This document shows, piece by piece, positions 35,461-53,909 of a stretch of 64,000 bases of DNA. A program made the translations under genes and the position numbers. The stretch is from Anolis carolinensis. Taxonomy: Eukaryota. The notes below the pieces were generated by a model. That model was not told the DNA's origin. It saw only the letters and a program-made list of their open reading frames with translations, and did not search any database. Each line of letters starts with the position of its first letter. Position 1 is the stretch's first letter. The stretch spans positions 41,555,955-41,619,954 of the forward strand of contig NC_085843.1 of NCBI RefSeq assembly GCF_035594765.1. Reading direction: 5' to 3'.

Positions 35461-38400
35461 TCAAGATCCATAGTTTGCTTCGTCAAATGCCTTTCTGGCC
35501 CGTTTCAGTTCTTCATTCATTGTTAGCAAGTCTTTCACACGAGCAAACTTCCGTGGGTCTTTACGGATTAAGAATACGATATCTTCAACTTGTACTCGAC
35601 CCTGCCGTCCAATAGACATTGCCTTATGGGTCTATCAAGGAAAAAAACACTTTAAATTAGAGCAAAAATAACTGTTGTCAAACCATTGCTATTTTCAGAT
35701 AACTCGCATCTGGTATAGGTCATTTCTCATTATATATATAATTTCATTTTGTATATCTCAACATGGAACTTGCAAGTCCATCTTTTCTAGAATCATAATC
35801 AATGGCTAATAATTACAATTGCCTTTTGTATTTGAAGGCAAGTTTTATGTTTGTTTTCCAATAGGCCATAAAACTTCCTGCTGTCTTAGGCAGAGATGGC
35901 ACATCATGCTGTTAGAGCAGTGGTTCTCAACCTGTGGGTCCCCAAATGTTTTGGCCTTCAACTCCCAGAAACCCTAACAGCTGGTAAACTGGCTGGGATT
36001 TCTGGGAATTGTAGGCCAAAACATCTGGGGACCTACAGGTTGAGAACCACCGTGTTAGAGATTAAGTTTCTGTCAATGCACTTATCTGTCTCCAAAGCCA
36101 CTGATCACCTGACTCGGTCTGGATTTTCATCTGTACGGCAGGAAGAAGCAGTCTCTATTGCTAGCATAAGGCTGTTCCTCCCTCCTTCAAAGAACAACAA
36201 GACCAAACCCAGGCACATCACTGCTGCCAATCAGCTGGAGAAAGAAGCTATCTTGCTGTTGGCACTGAAGAGGAACCTTGCTGAAGATGTTACTAGACAC
36301 AACCTCATCCAAGGCTCAAAAAGAGTAGGGATAAGCCTCAGAACACCAGTAACAGAAGAATATGCAGAGTTGTTTAATTATGCCTGCTCTCTATACTAGG
36401 CAGAGAAAATGTATATAAGAGTTGATTAATAACTCCTACACAATATGATGAGCTCGCACTGCAAATGAAACTGATGAAAGCTATAACCCACTAGGTAGGC
36501 ATAGCCAAACTTTGACCCTCCAGGTGTTTTGGGCTTCCAACTCCCACAATTCCTAACAGCTGGTAGGCTGTTAGGAGTCATGGGAGTTGAAGTCTGCCCA
36601 TCCACATGCTAGATAAATGTTTAAATTGAATCCTTCATGTTAAGGACATTTTAGATAGATGAACAGCCCATATTCATTATCCTGGATTGTAAAGCTGGAA
36701 GTTTGACCCATCTGTAACCTGAAACTAAGTCTGTGATGAAATTTACTTTGAACCCAGAAGGGCTACTTCTAGGTAAACATGCTTATTGCTAAGTCATGAG
36801 TCTTGCTGTATCAACACCACAGTGCCAATGTAAAAACAATTTTTGTGGCTTTTTTTTGTTTTCCTTTCTTTGAAGAAATTCAAATAGCAGGCATATAAAA
36901 GTATAAAAGTACAGAAATATAATGCAAGTAGGTGTGGGTGAGTGCATCTATACTGTAGAGATGATGCAGTTTGACCCCACTTCAAATGTCATGACTCAAT
37001 GCTATGGAATTCTAGGAGTTGTAGTTTGAGAAGACACCAGGACACTGATAGAGAAAGCTAATCACTTTGTAAAACTGTCTTGATTTCACAACACTGAACC
37101 ACTGCAATTAAAGTGGGTCAGACTACATGAATTCTACAGTGTAGATACAGCTTTGTGTCACAATTTTACTGAAACATGAAGCTATGTTACAGATACTTCA
37201 CAAGTGTTGTGGTTAGATGTGATCACTCCACACTGAAAACCTTTTAGACACAACTGATCCAATATTCTATTAACTATTTCTAAGCCTAATTAAACCCACA
37301 GGACTGCCACCAAAACAATACAATACAAACACATTGCAACTCTGCCCTGAGCACTTGAGACACAATGTAAGTTCCCTGAAGAGTGTTCAGGATGAAAAGA
37401 CTTGCATGCCTTTATCCCCCTTGCTTCCACTCCAAAGAACAAAACAGGACAGTCAATAGGTTTCTTTAACTCCTTTCAAATTCTGCTTTCTCTTCTCCAA
37501 GTAATATAAACTATTGCACAGAAACAAAGAGCCCGTGCCTTGCAACACGTGCTGCATTTAGGTTTCTCACCATCTAATAGTACCAGAAGAACCTACCATT
37601 TCTGTGATGAATTCTATGACTAGGTCTTCAAGAATATCCACTGACTCTGTGTATGGGTTCTGGTCATCTCCAAATCCATACATCATACATCTCACTGTGG
37701 AACAAAAAGAAAAAAAAAACCTTTTAGTTGGATGAGGAATGGAAGCTCTCTGGAGTATTTTTCCCATCTTCATGTCTATACAAACTTTTAAACTAAGTTT
37801 AAGAAATGTCACATGCACGATCTTGATTTAGGAAGTACATTCTAAATTTTGTAGAGCTCTTAAATTGAAACAATATTGGCCACTATCCTTGTTGACTGTG
37901 CAACATTAAGGATAATGCACAAAAATGAATTATTTTTATTTAAACCTCAAATATAAAAGGAATGCTGAATTAGATCTTTGAATTCCAGTGGCCAGCCGGA
38001 TGATTCCAGGAAATCCATAAATACAACACACTAACTGTTGCAGAAATGCAGTGTTCTGATGAAAGTAAAAATTAAATATACTGATCTACAATACTAATTC
38101 ATTAGAGTATTATCTCTCAGATCTATAGACATTTCTTTTGTCCAATGCATGTTTACATAAATTTACACAGTTTTAGCTGTGGAAAAATCAGTGATTCTGG
38201 GCTTCACATATCAGGTGATTTCATACAGACATGATCAACTATCAAGATCATGTAATGGAATGGGAACACAGTTATTACAGATAAAACACCTCTTACAATA
38301 CTTTACAGCATAGCGTATGTGTTTTACTGTCAAGTGGTATGAAATGATGTATTATGGCAGAAATAGCAAAGGAACTCATTAGAAGTGGATAATGAAGACA

Positions 38401-40041
38401 AGAATGGCACCAAATAATACAAGAAGCTGTATTACATCAAATTATATCACTGCACTGTACTATTGTCTATGTGAACTGGCAACATTTCAGCAGAAGTTTT
38501 GACTGCAGCCTTATCCAGTGCTATCTATACATACTACAGATGGAAGATGTAGCTTCCCACATGTGCTCTACCACTTAACTTACATTCTTTAGAAAAAAGT
38601 CTCTTCCTTTTCCCTTGTCCACCATCTGGGCCTCCTCCAGCCTCTTCAGTATCTTCTTCAAACTAAAGAGAAACAGAAACAAGGATGAAGGAGAAAAAAG
38701 CATTAAAGAATAACCAACACTACAACAAATAAAATCACTGTACCATACATTTATAGTGGGAATGCACTGGGAATTATGTACACTTCCCCTTGTTATTCTT
38801 CAAAAGATATGCTGTAATGCTAGAAAAAATGGAGAAGGGGGTCATTAAAATGATAAAAGGGCTAAAGATACTCCCACATAAAGGTGTTGGATACATCATA
38901 AATATGTAAAAATATGTATACTCTGGGAAAAGTAGGGAATGGTTTTATCTTTCACTTGTCACAATAAAACCCACTCATATAAAAAGCTGAATGGCAGGAC
39001 ATTTACACTAGACAAAAAAGTGTATTCACTATGAAAAAAATATAGGGAAGGCTGCCAATTACAACAAGTGTTAAAACAGAAATAAATCAGTGAGGAATAG
39101 AACAATCAATGGCTGTTAGTAATAATGGCAACCAATATTGGAAGATCTTTTAGTCACAATTGTTGGGGAAAGCAAGTGGGGTGCTATTGCGTTCATGTAG
39201 GCTTGGGGTGCTATAGTGCACAGACTTTCTTTAAACATCAGGCTGGTCAATGTGAGGAAAAAAATGCTGGGTTAAATATGGCTTTGGTTTGATCAAACAG
39301 AATTCTTGCATATATTTTCAAGATAACCAAGTGTGTAATGACAAAATTGGCAAATTCTGAATACTCCTTGTCCAACATAAATCTCTTATTAGTGGGTGAG
39401 ATTTCCTCCAAGGAAAATTTGCACAAGATTATTATAGCTTCACAGTCTAATTCCATAGAAACCTATTCAGGTCTATACTCACAGTGTAGAATTATAGCAG
39501 TTTGGCTGCCACAACTGAATGCTACGGGATTCTGGGATTTGTAGTTTTATGAGATATTTACCTTTCTGTCGGTTCCACAATATTTTTTTTTACAAAACCC
39601 AGAGGATGGAGATATGGTAGTTAAAAGTGGTGTAAAACTGCTGTAATTCTGTAGTGTGGATGGTCTCAGGGGTTTAGTTCAGCAACATTACTATACTGTC
39701 TAGCTTTAACAGCACCACTTTTACTGCCACGTCTCAATTCTGGGAGTTGGCGTTCTTTGTCTTTAGCGTTCTTTGTCAAAGAGTGCCAAACTACAAACCA
39801 TAGCACTCCACCTCATCGAGCCACTGCGGTTAAAGTGATGCCAAACTGCATTAATTCTACAGTGTAGATGCACCCACGGTCTTGCCATGAATTAGGAAAG
39901 CTCTGAAGGCAGTGAGCGTCTCCCTCAGTCTCCCAAAAAGCGGCCAGGAAGGATAGGAAGTCTATAAATAATGCTATGAGCGCCCCAAACTGAGTCCATT
40001 TCTTCTTCACTCACAGGAGGGTCTTCTTCTTCATCCGCCAT
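35461..40041 (-). CDS. TAF13: TATA-box binding protein associated factor 13 (TFIID subunit), 124 aa
   Basis: Exons 40041-40015, 38662-38584, 37694-37597, 35631-35461 = 375 nt. Translation MADEEEDPP-FEEDTEEAGGGPDGGQGKRKRLFSKEL-RCMMYGFGDDQNPYTESVDILEDLVIEFITEM-THKAMSIGRQGRVQVEDIVFLIRKDPRKFARVKDLLTMNEELKRARKAFDEANYGS is near-identical to recalled human TAF13. Confidence 0.97.
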
Positions 40042-40220
40042 GATTCCTGGAAGCGACGGAAATGCCCCTTTGTCTTGGCCAACCAGGCAGCACTTCCGCC
40101 TGCGCTGCGATTGGTCCTTTCGCAAAACATTCCTGCGCATGCGCCGTGCGAGGAAAGTAAGCCACTGCAGGCCCTCGCTTTGCCCTTATGCAGAGATGTC
40201 GGGGCCTCTCTCCAGCCTTT
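40042..40220 (-). promoter_or_regulatory. TAF13 promoter/5' UTR
   Basis: CpG-rich; ETS site CACTTCCG at 40091, CCAAT box (GATTGG at 40109), NRF1 site TGCGCATGCGC at 40134-40144. Confidence 0.65.
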
Positions 40221-40341
40221 CTAGTATTTCTCCTTCGCTGCTCTAATAAAGGCATACTTCAATGCACATTTACACTGTAGAATTAATGGGCATTGGATAC
40301 CACTTAAACTGCTATGGCTCAGGATAGGAATACTAATACGT

Positions 40342-40803
40342 AGGTTGCTGTGAGTTTTCCTGGCTGTATGGCCATGTTCCAAAAGCATTCTCTCCTGACG
40401 TTTCGCCCACATCCATGGCAGACATCCTCAGAGGTTGTGAGGTGTTGGAGACAAGGCAAGTCGGGTTTATATATCTGTTGAAGGCCCAGGGTGGGAGAAA
40501 TAACTCTGCTTTGAGGCAGGTCTGAATGTTGCAGTTGGCCACCTTGATTAGCACTGAGTGGCCTTGCTGCTTCAAAACCTGGTGGCTTCCTGCCTGGGAA
40601 GGAACAACCACCATGTCAGACTACACAGAGAAGCCACTGAAACCCACAAGCATGTGGCTACCAGTAATAAACAACTCTAAAGTCAAGACAGTAAATAAAG
40701 AACAACACTCTGAAAACAGGGATTCCAGACAGAAAACAACCAGGGCCAGCTAACACCTCCCAACAAAGGATTCCCCCAGGCAGGAAGCAGCCAGGCTTTG
40801 AAG
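40342..40803. mobile_element. Penelope fold-back fragment
   Basis: Terminal repeat plus inverted GIY-YIG-region piece. Confidence 0.75.
40394..40434 (-). ncRNA. Minimal hammerhead ribozyme motif in Penelope repeat
   Basis: Intact CTGAGGA...GAAACGTC AGG core; stem II GTCTGC/GTGGGC. Confidence 0.65.
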
Positions 40804-40849
40804 TCCATTTAACAGGAGGAAAGAGGGTTTGCAGGCGCTTTCCCTACTT

Positions 40850-41650
40850 CACAGATTAGAGAGATGGGCCAAAACTAACAAAATGAAATTCAACAGGGAC
40901 AAATGCAAGATACTCCACTTAGGCAGAAAAAATAAAATGCAAAGATACAGAATGGGGAATGATGCCTGGCTCAACAGCAGTACCTGTGAAAAAGATCCTG
41001 GTCAACAAGTTAAACATGAGCCTACACTTTGATGCAGCGGCAAAATAAGCCAATGGAATTTTGGCCTGCATAAATAGGAGAATAGCATCTAGATCCAGTG
41101 AAGTTGTGTTACCCCTCTATTCTGCCTTGGTCAGACCAAATCCTGGAATACTGTGTCCAATTCTGGGCACCACAGTTGAAGGGAGATGTTGACAAGCTGG
41201 AAAGTGTCCAGAGGAGGGCGACTAAAATGATCAAGGGTTTGGAGAACAAGCCCTATGAGGAGCGGCTTAAAGAGCTGGGCATGTTTAGCCTACGGAAGAG
41301 AAGGCTGAGAGGAGACCTGATGAGGGCCTTGTATATGTGAGGGGAAGTTATAGAGAGGAGGGAGCAGGCTTGTTTTCTACTGCCCTGGAGACTAGGACGC
41401 GGAACAATGGCTTTAACTTACAGGAAAGGAGATTCCACCTGAACATTAGGAGGAACTTTCTCACTGTGCGAGCTGTTTGGCAGTAGAACTCTCTGCCCCG
41501 GAGTGTGGTGGAGGCTCCTTCTTTGGAGGCTTTTAAGCAGAGGCTGGATGGCCATCTGTCAGGGGTGCTTTGAATATGATTTTCCTGCTTCTTGGCAGGG
41601 GATTAGACTAGATGGCCCGTGAGGTCTCTTCCAACTCTGATTCTATGATT
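40850..41650 (+). mobile_element. CR1 LINE 3' fragment
   Basis: [40 protein letters not shown]; ATTCTATGATT tail. Confidence 0.9.
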
Positions 41651-42316
41651 CATGAAACAACCCTCGACTTATCCACAAGTCATAGCAAAACTCATAATTT
41701 TGGCCCCCAAACCTGCCCTTGACGTATATAAGGTTGACTTATGCACAAGTATATATACAGGCAGTCCCAGAGTTACAAACATCTGACTTTGTGTTAACTC
41801 TTCCCTATGCTACCTGAAGTGGTACTGTTCCATTATCCAGGCAGGCTCCAAAAGAGGGCTTAGACAGAGAAGGATAGTTCATTTTATTGAGGGCGGGGAG
41901 TTGAAGGAGGAAAACCATGTTTCCCATTTTCACAGATTATTCCCCCTTCCCTTTCCCATTTCATAAACATGGGTTGTTGTGTGTGGGTGGAACAAGAAAA
42001 CAGGGGGAAATGGTTTAACTCCTTCAACTCCCTTTTCTCCCCCTTAAAATGGTCTATCTTTCTCTGTCTAGCGTATCCCTTGTAGCTTCCGCCCGGACAA
42101 TGAAACAATATCAAATGGACTATCCTTCTCTGTCTAGGTCCCCTTTCGGAGTCCGCCCGAACAATGGAAAGGTACCAACTCTTCCAAATATAGGAAATCA
42201 ATCAGCCTTAATTGTGGCATTCTGCAGAATGGAAATAAAAAAAAACCCTTTAAAAAGCTTTCTAAGGTGCAGTCTTGTCTTAAAGTACAGCGATTTGAAC
42301 AGCAATTTATGACCTT

Positions 42317-42424
42317 GTGTATTTACACAAAAGCTTTGCTGATATGAAAAACAGCATCGCATCATCATAGGTGTATTTACACAAAGGCTTTGCTGATATG
42401 AAAAACAGCATTGCATCATCATAG
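42317..42424. repeat. 54-bp tandem duplication (2 copies)
   Basis: GTGTATTTACACAAA(A/G)GCTTTGCTGATATGAAAAACAGCAT(C/T)GCATCATCATAG x2. Confidence 0.9.
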
Positions 42425-43308
42425 AACAATTCCACTATACATATTCATCCAGAATAATCCAGATAACAGGAAATCAACATAAAATTAGATGTGAATAATT
42501 TTTGTATTGAAAACCTTGACTGGGTGTTTTTTTTCTGATACAGTACCAGGCAAAGCAAAGGGATGTCTTATCAGTTCTTTTAAGTCTCTTTGCTCATAAA
42601 CCTCTGTGTTTCCTAACTGCCCCGACAAATTGAGAAAACAGCTTTCTCTTTTCTGTGCCTTTCACCCTTGAAATGAGAACTCCATGGGTGATCAAGTCAC
42701 ACCCTTTTTATCAATGTAAGATCACAGCGCTATCACGTGGATCTAAAATACTACCGTGTATGAAAATTCAACTTCAAGGTAGCTAGAATGTGATGCATTT
42801 AATTCTACTTCTCCTGTTCTGATTAAACCCTGGTTCTTCAACTAGAAGCAGAGTGGCATAAATAGGAACACGGGCTGAAGGTTATAATGCAACGTAAACT
42901 GTGTAACGTGAACTGAGACAAAACTATATGGTTGATTCCGTCATGATGAGTAGAATAGTCACTCAGATCTGTGTTCCAAGATTGGCCACTGTTAAACTAG
43001 CTATTGGCGCCATTATTCACAATATAGTCTCTTATTTAAGGGGCTTTTTACTAAAAATCTGAGCAAGAAGTATATACTGTTTTCAAGTATACATTTTAAA
43101 CAAGAGATGAGAAAATGCGTCCAATCTGTAATGTAATACTGAAGCCGAAGCTGTTTAAGCCGAAACTTAAATAGCATCTATTATAACCAAATTATTTACA
43201 GAGCTTAAAAAAACATACATAGAGCATTAAATCATGTAAATTTCATTTAGTTGATGAGGAAGATTTAATTCAGAGACAAGCCTTGTTGATTCTGGTCACA
43301 AAATATCA

Positions 43309-49556
<6,248 letters not shown>

Positions 49557-49767
49557 TTTTAAAATACAGCCTTTAGCTTAGAGTTCACAAGTTCAAAGTG
49601 CTGATTAAGCAGAAAGAAGAGAGATTAGTTAGGAAGGCCACAACAATAATCTTTTGCAGTAAAAATAATGGAAGTGTCAATTGACACAATGCAAATAAAA
49701 CAACGTACAGTGGACTCTCAGTTAACCTAGTGATTGATAGATGCCAAACAAATATATTTTCTGGTTG

Positions 49768-50304
49768 TGTTGTCGAAGGCTTTCATGGCGGGAATCACTA
49801 GGTTGCTGTGAGTTTTCTGGGCTGTATGGCCATGTTCCAGGACCATTTTCTACTGATGTTTCACCTGCATCTATGACAGGCATCCTCAGAGGTTGTGAGG
49901 TATGTTGGAAACTATGCAAGTGGGGTTTATATATCTGTGGAATATTCAGGGTGGGAAAAAGAACTCTTGTCTGTTTGAGGCAGATCTGAATGTTTCAATG
50001 GACCACCTTGATTAGCATTGACTAGCTTTTTCAGTTTCAAGGACTGGCTGATTACTACCTGGGGGAATCCTTTGTTGAGAGGTGATCATTCCACAGATAT
50101 ATAAACCCCACTTGCTTTGAATGTGATTTTCCTGCTTCTTGGCAGGAGGTTGGACTGGATAGCCCATGAGGTCTCTTCCAACTCTATGATTCTATGATTC
50201 TATACCTCACAACCTCTGAGGATGCCTGTCATAGATGCAGGCGAAACATCAAGAGAAAATACCTATGGAACATGGCCATACAGCCCGGAAAACACACAGC
50301 AACT
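49768..50304. mobile_element. Penelope fold-back insertion inside a pogo-type MITE (~49708-50571)
   Basis: 15-bp TSD TATATTTTCTGGTTG at 49753-49767 and 50305-50319. Confidence 0.8.
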
Positions 50305-51399
50305 TATATTTTCTGGTTGCTTGAGAGTCACTATTAAAAATAGGCCTAACTATTACTACACCCTATACTGCAACATTCTATTAACTGTACTGACTCGATG
50401 CTAAGATTGCAACACAGTAATTAAGGGCAAATAAAGACAAATCTAAGTTAATGTAACAGTTCTACTGAATTATCAAAGCAGCTTTGTGAATACTTTGTGA
50501 AAAAAATTGTCTTTTTTTTTTTTGCTTGAGTGTTTTGGTTACTTGAATTCTGGTTAACTGAGAGTCTGTTGTACATGGATTACAATAGGAGTATAAAAGT
50601 TTTCCAAAAATATTTTGTCATTTAAATAATTAGACATGAAGGATATTAACCTGCATGTGATGGAGCAAATCTCAGGTCTATTTTGGATTTAGAATGCTGA
50701 ATTCCTATAGGTTTTCTTTGTGTCAGAAGTGACTTGAGAACATACTGCAAGTCGCTTTTGGTGTGAGATTTGAACCAGCAACCTTCAGGTCAGCATTTGA
50801 GCCAGCACAAGGGTTTAACCCACTGCGTCACTGCAGCTCCTATTCCTATAGGTAATGGTAATAATAATAGCAACAACAACTGTACTCTGCTTTTCTCCTT
50901 CATTGTGGAATTAATGCAATTAGATACTGCTCCAATTGCCAGGACTCACTGCTATGCAATCTTGGGAATTGTAGTTTTACAAAGTCTTTATACTTCTCTG
51001 CCAAAGAGTGCTGGTGCCTCACTAAACTACACATCCCAGGATTCTGTATCATTGAGCTATAGCAGTTAAAGTGGTCATAAACTGCATTAATTCTACAGTG
51101 TAGATCAGCCATGGACAAACTTTGGCCCTCCAGGTGTTTTGGACTCCAACTCCCACAATTCCTAACAGCCTACCGGCTGTTAGGAATTGTGGGAGTTGGA
51201 GTCCAAAACATGCCCATGCCTGGTGTAGATGCATTTAGAGTGGCTCAAAACCAGCAAGCATTTTGTGATGCTGATTTCTGCAAGATTTTTGACAACAAGG
51301 GTCCTTCATATCATCAGGAATCATTCTAAGCAGATGGCAGAAAGAAAGCTCACTGTCGCCCCGACCTCTTTGCAAATGATAGCAACAGAAAAGGCAGCA

Positions 51400-51660
51400 A
51401 ACTCACGCTCCAGAAACTAGGAGGAGGCTGGGATCCAAAAACCGGAAGTCCGGGGAAAGCGTTCAACTTTAAGGCCGACCTTAGAGCTGTACAAAGAAGG
51501 CCGACGTCAGGATCATTCTTGCCGCGCGGAGACAAGGCACTCTGTAGGATTCTGGATCTTGTAGTTCAGTGAGGCCCAAGGGCTCCCTGGCTGAACGTTC
51601 CAAACGCCCCGCCCTAAACTACAGGTCCCAGGAATCCATGCGATATTGCCATGGCAATGG
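51400..51660 (-). promoter_or_regulatory. GTPBP8 promoter
   Basis: CpG patch; ETS site CCGGAAGT at 51442-51449, GC box CGCCCCGCCC near 51605, ACTACAGGTCCCA (ZNF143/SBS-like) near 51618. Confidence 0.55.
51407..51460 (-). other. GTPBP8: Probable non-coding first exon of GTPBP8 (5' end approximate)
   Basis: Minus-strand donor GAGC|GTGAGT at 51407/51406 inside a CpG-enriched patch. The first coding exon has an acceptor TCTTCTTTCTGCTTAATCAG ending at 49601. Confidence 0.55.
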
Positions 51661-51959
51661 AGTGGAACCTAGAGCTATAATGTGTGAGAGTGGTTTTGAC
51701 ATGCGAGGACTATGACAGAATTATAGAGCTATGGTGATAGAGCTCCTGAGATTTGCAATTTGGGGGGACATTTAGCATTCTCAACTCAACAAATGTACTG
51801 CTCTGTATTTTTAATCTGGTCCCCATATATCCAAATTCGTACAACAGAATCATTTCCCTTTAGTGAATAATGCTGTTAAGTTTAATTCCCAGTTGGTGGT
51901 GATCATACAAATGAGGATCTGTTCTGCTCTGAATCACTATAGCCAAATGCTGCAAGTCC

Positions 51960-51998
51960 ACATACATACATACATACATATATACATATATATATATA
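51960..51998. repeat. (TACA)n/(TA)n microsatellite
   Basis: Directly visible. Confidence 0.85.
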
Positions 51999-52366
51999 CC
52001 ATCTGCACATAGCATTGCCACATTTTTACAAGATACATATGTAAACAAGATTATTTGCTAAATTTTTATTAATTAATTTATTTATTATATTTCTCTGGTT
52101 AACAGGGTTCATTGTGTAATGCTATCCCGCTTTTAAACAACAATAACACAGGAATGGGAATTTTGCAACTCACCAGATGTTGTTGAATTCCCAGTCTCAG
52201 CATTTCTCTCTATCCAGATGGGAGCCCTGTTCCAACAACTTCCAGAGTTCTGCATGATTTCTATCCAGCTGTAACAAATGAACAATGACTACCAGCTGTT
52301 CAACACTAGGTGGCAATAGAGAGAAGGAAAAAGCCCTTTGCTGCAGGCGTAGAAATCTATTACTGC

Positions 52367-53088
52367 TTTGGGTTGCTGTGAGTCTTTCAGTCTGTATGGC
52401 CACGTTCCCTCCTGACGTTTCGCCCACATCTGTGGCAGGCATTCTCAGAGGTTGTGAGGTCTGTTGGAAACTAGGCAAGTGGGGTTTATATATCTGTGGA
52501 AAGTGCAGGTTTGCATAAAGAACTCTTGTTTATGTTGGAGGCAAGTGTGAATGTTGCAATTGGCCACTTTGATTAGCATTGAATGGCCTTGCAGCATCAA
52601 AGCAATGTCAGACTACACAGAGTAGCCACTGAAATCCACAAGCATGTGGACAATTTCAACAGAAAGGAGGAAACCATGAAAATGAACAAAATCTGGCTAC
52701 CAGTATAAAAAAAACCCTATAAAATCAGGACAGCAAATAAAGAACAACACTCAAAAACGGGAATTCCAGACAAAAAACATTCAGGACTAGCTAACACCCC
52801 CCAACAAAGGATTACCTCAGACAGGAAGCAGCTAGACCTTGAAGCTGCAAGGCTATTCAATGCTAATCAAGGTGGCCAATTGAAACATTCACACCTGCCT
52901 CAAACAGACAAGTTCTTTCTTCCACCTGAACATTCCATAGATATATAAAAACCCTATTTGACTAGTTTACAAGATACTTCACAACCTCTGAGGATGCCTG
53001 CCATAGATGTAGGTGAAATGTCAGGAAAGAATGCTTTTGGAAAACTCGCAGCATCCCAGTGATTCCAGCCAAGCATTCGACAACACAT
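52367..53088. mobile_element. Penelope fold-back element
   Basis: Opposed terminal repeats with GIY-YIG remnant (TEIHKHVDNFNRKEE); both hammerhead cores mutated. Confidence 0.8.
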
Positions 53089-53909
53089 TGTCTCATCTTT
53101 CATAGGGAGAGTTTGAAACTAGATGTGGGGAATACGTCTGCATCTACAGACTATAAACGTAATGTAGTTTGACACGACTTTAACTGCTGTAGTCGAAGGT
53201 GACCCCCCCCCCCCCCAAATAAAAGCTTTCTCCATTATAGAGTTCTGGCGCCTCACCAAACTACAACTCACCAAATTCCCTAGCATTGAGCCATGGTACT
53301 TAAAGTGGTATCAAACTGCATCTATTCTACAGTGGACCTTTGTGGGTTGCCATTGCCAAACAGGGATTTGAAACCGGCCTCCTGAGGTCCTAGTCCAACA
53401 CTGAAAGCTCAATTATTACACAAGCTCTCATTTACATGTCTAGTATTTAAACTCATTTTCAATTAGAAGTAAGGCTTCAGGGATTAATCCAAAGGGCGTG
53501 TTTTAAGGAGAAGCTGGAAAAATCACAGAATACCATAAATTAATATAAATATCCTAAGTGTGTTTGCAGTGGGTGAAATTAATATGCATGCAAGACTAAT
53601 GCAAACAACTAGATTTGTGTAAATAGAATGGGGGACTTTCTTTGGGCATGATAAATATAGCTGAGGCAACATTCACAGGTTTGAAGTGGAAAGAAAAGGA
53701 CTTTACCTACTATTCCACAAGGACTGCAGCTACAGGGACTGGGAAATGAGTTTATGGCCCCCAAATAAGAATTTTGTCTTCCAAATGAAATTTTCCTTCG
53801 CCCCCTGAAATTTCTAGAATTGCTTTGATACAAAATATCTATTGAGCATTTAGAGTTAGGTAGATATCCACAGAAAAGGGAGAGATAGTTGCCAACAGTT
53901 CTAGGTATG

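Noticed and set aside
35896-36399. 167-aa plus-strand ORF
   Set aside because: Starts in a palindromic MITE, lies antisense in a TAF13 intron, and has no recognisable homology.
42317-42424. Repeat array resembling CRISPR
   Set aside because: Two adjacent copies without spacers in vertebrate DNA; a simple tandem duplication.
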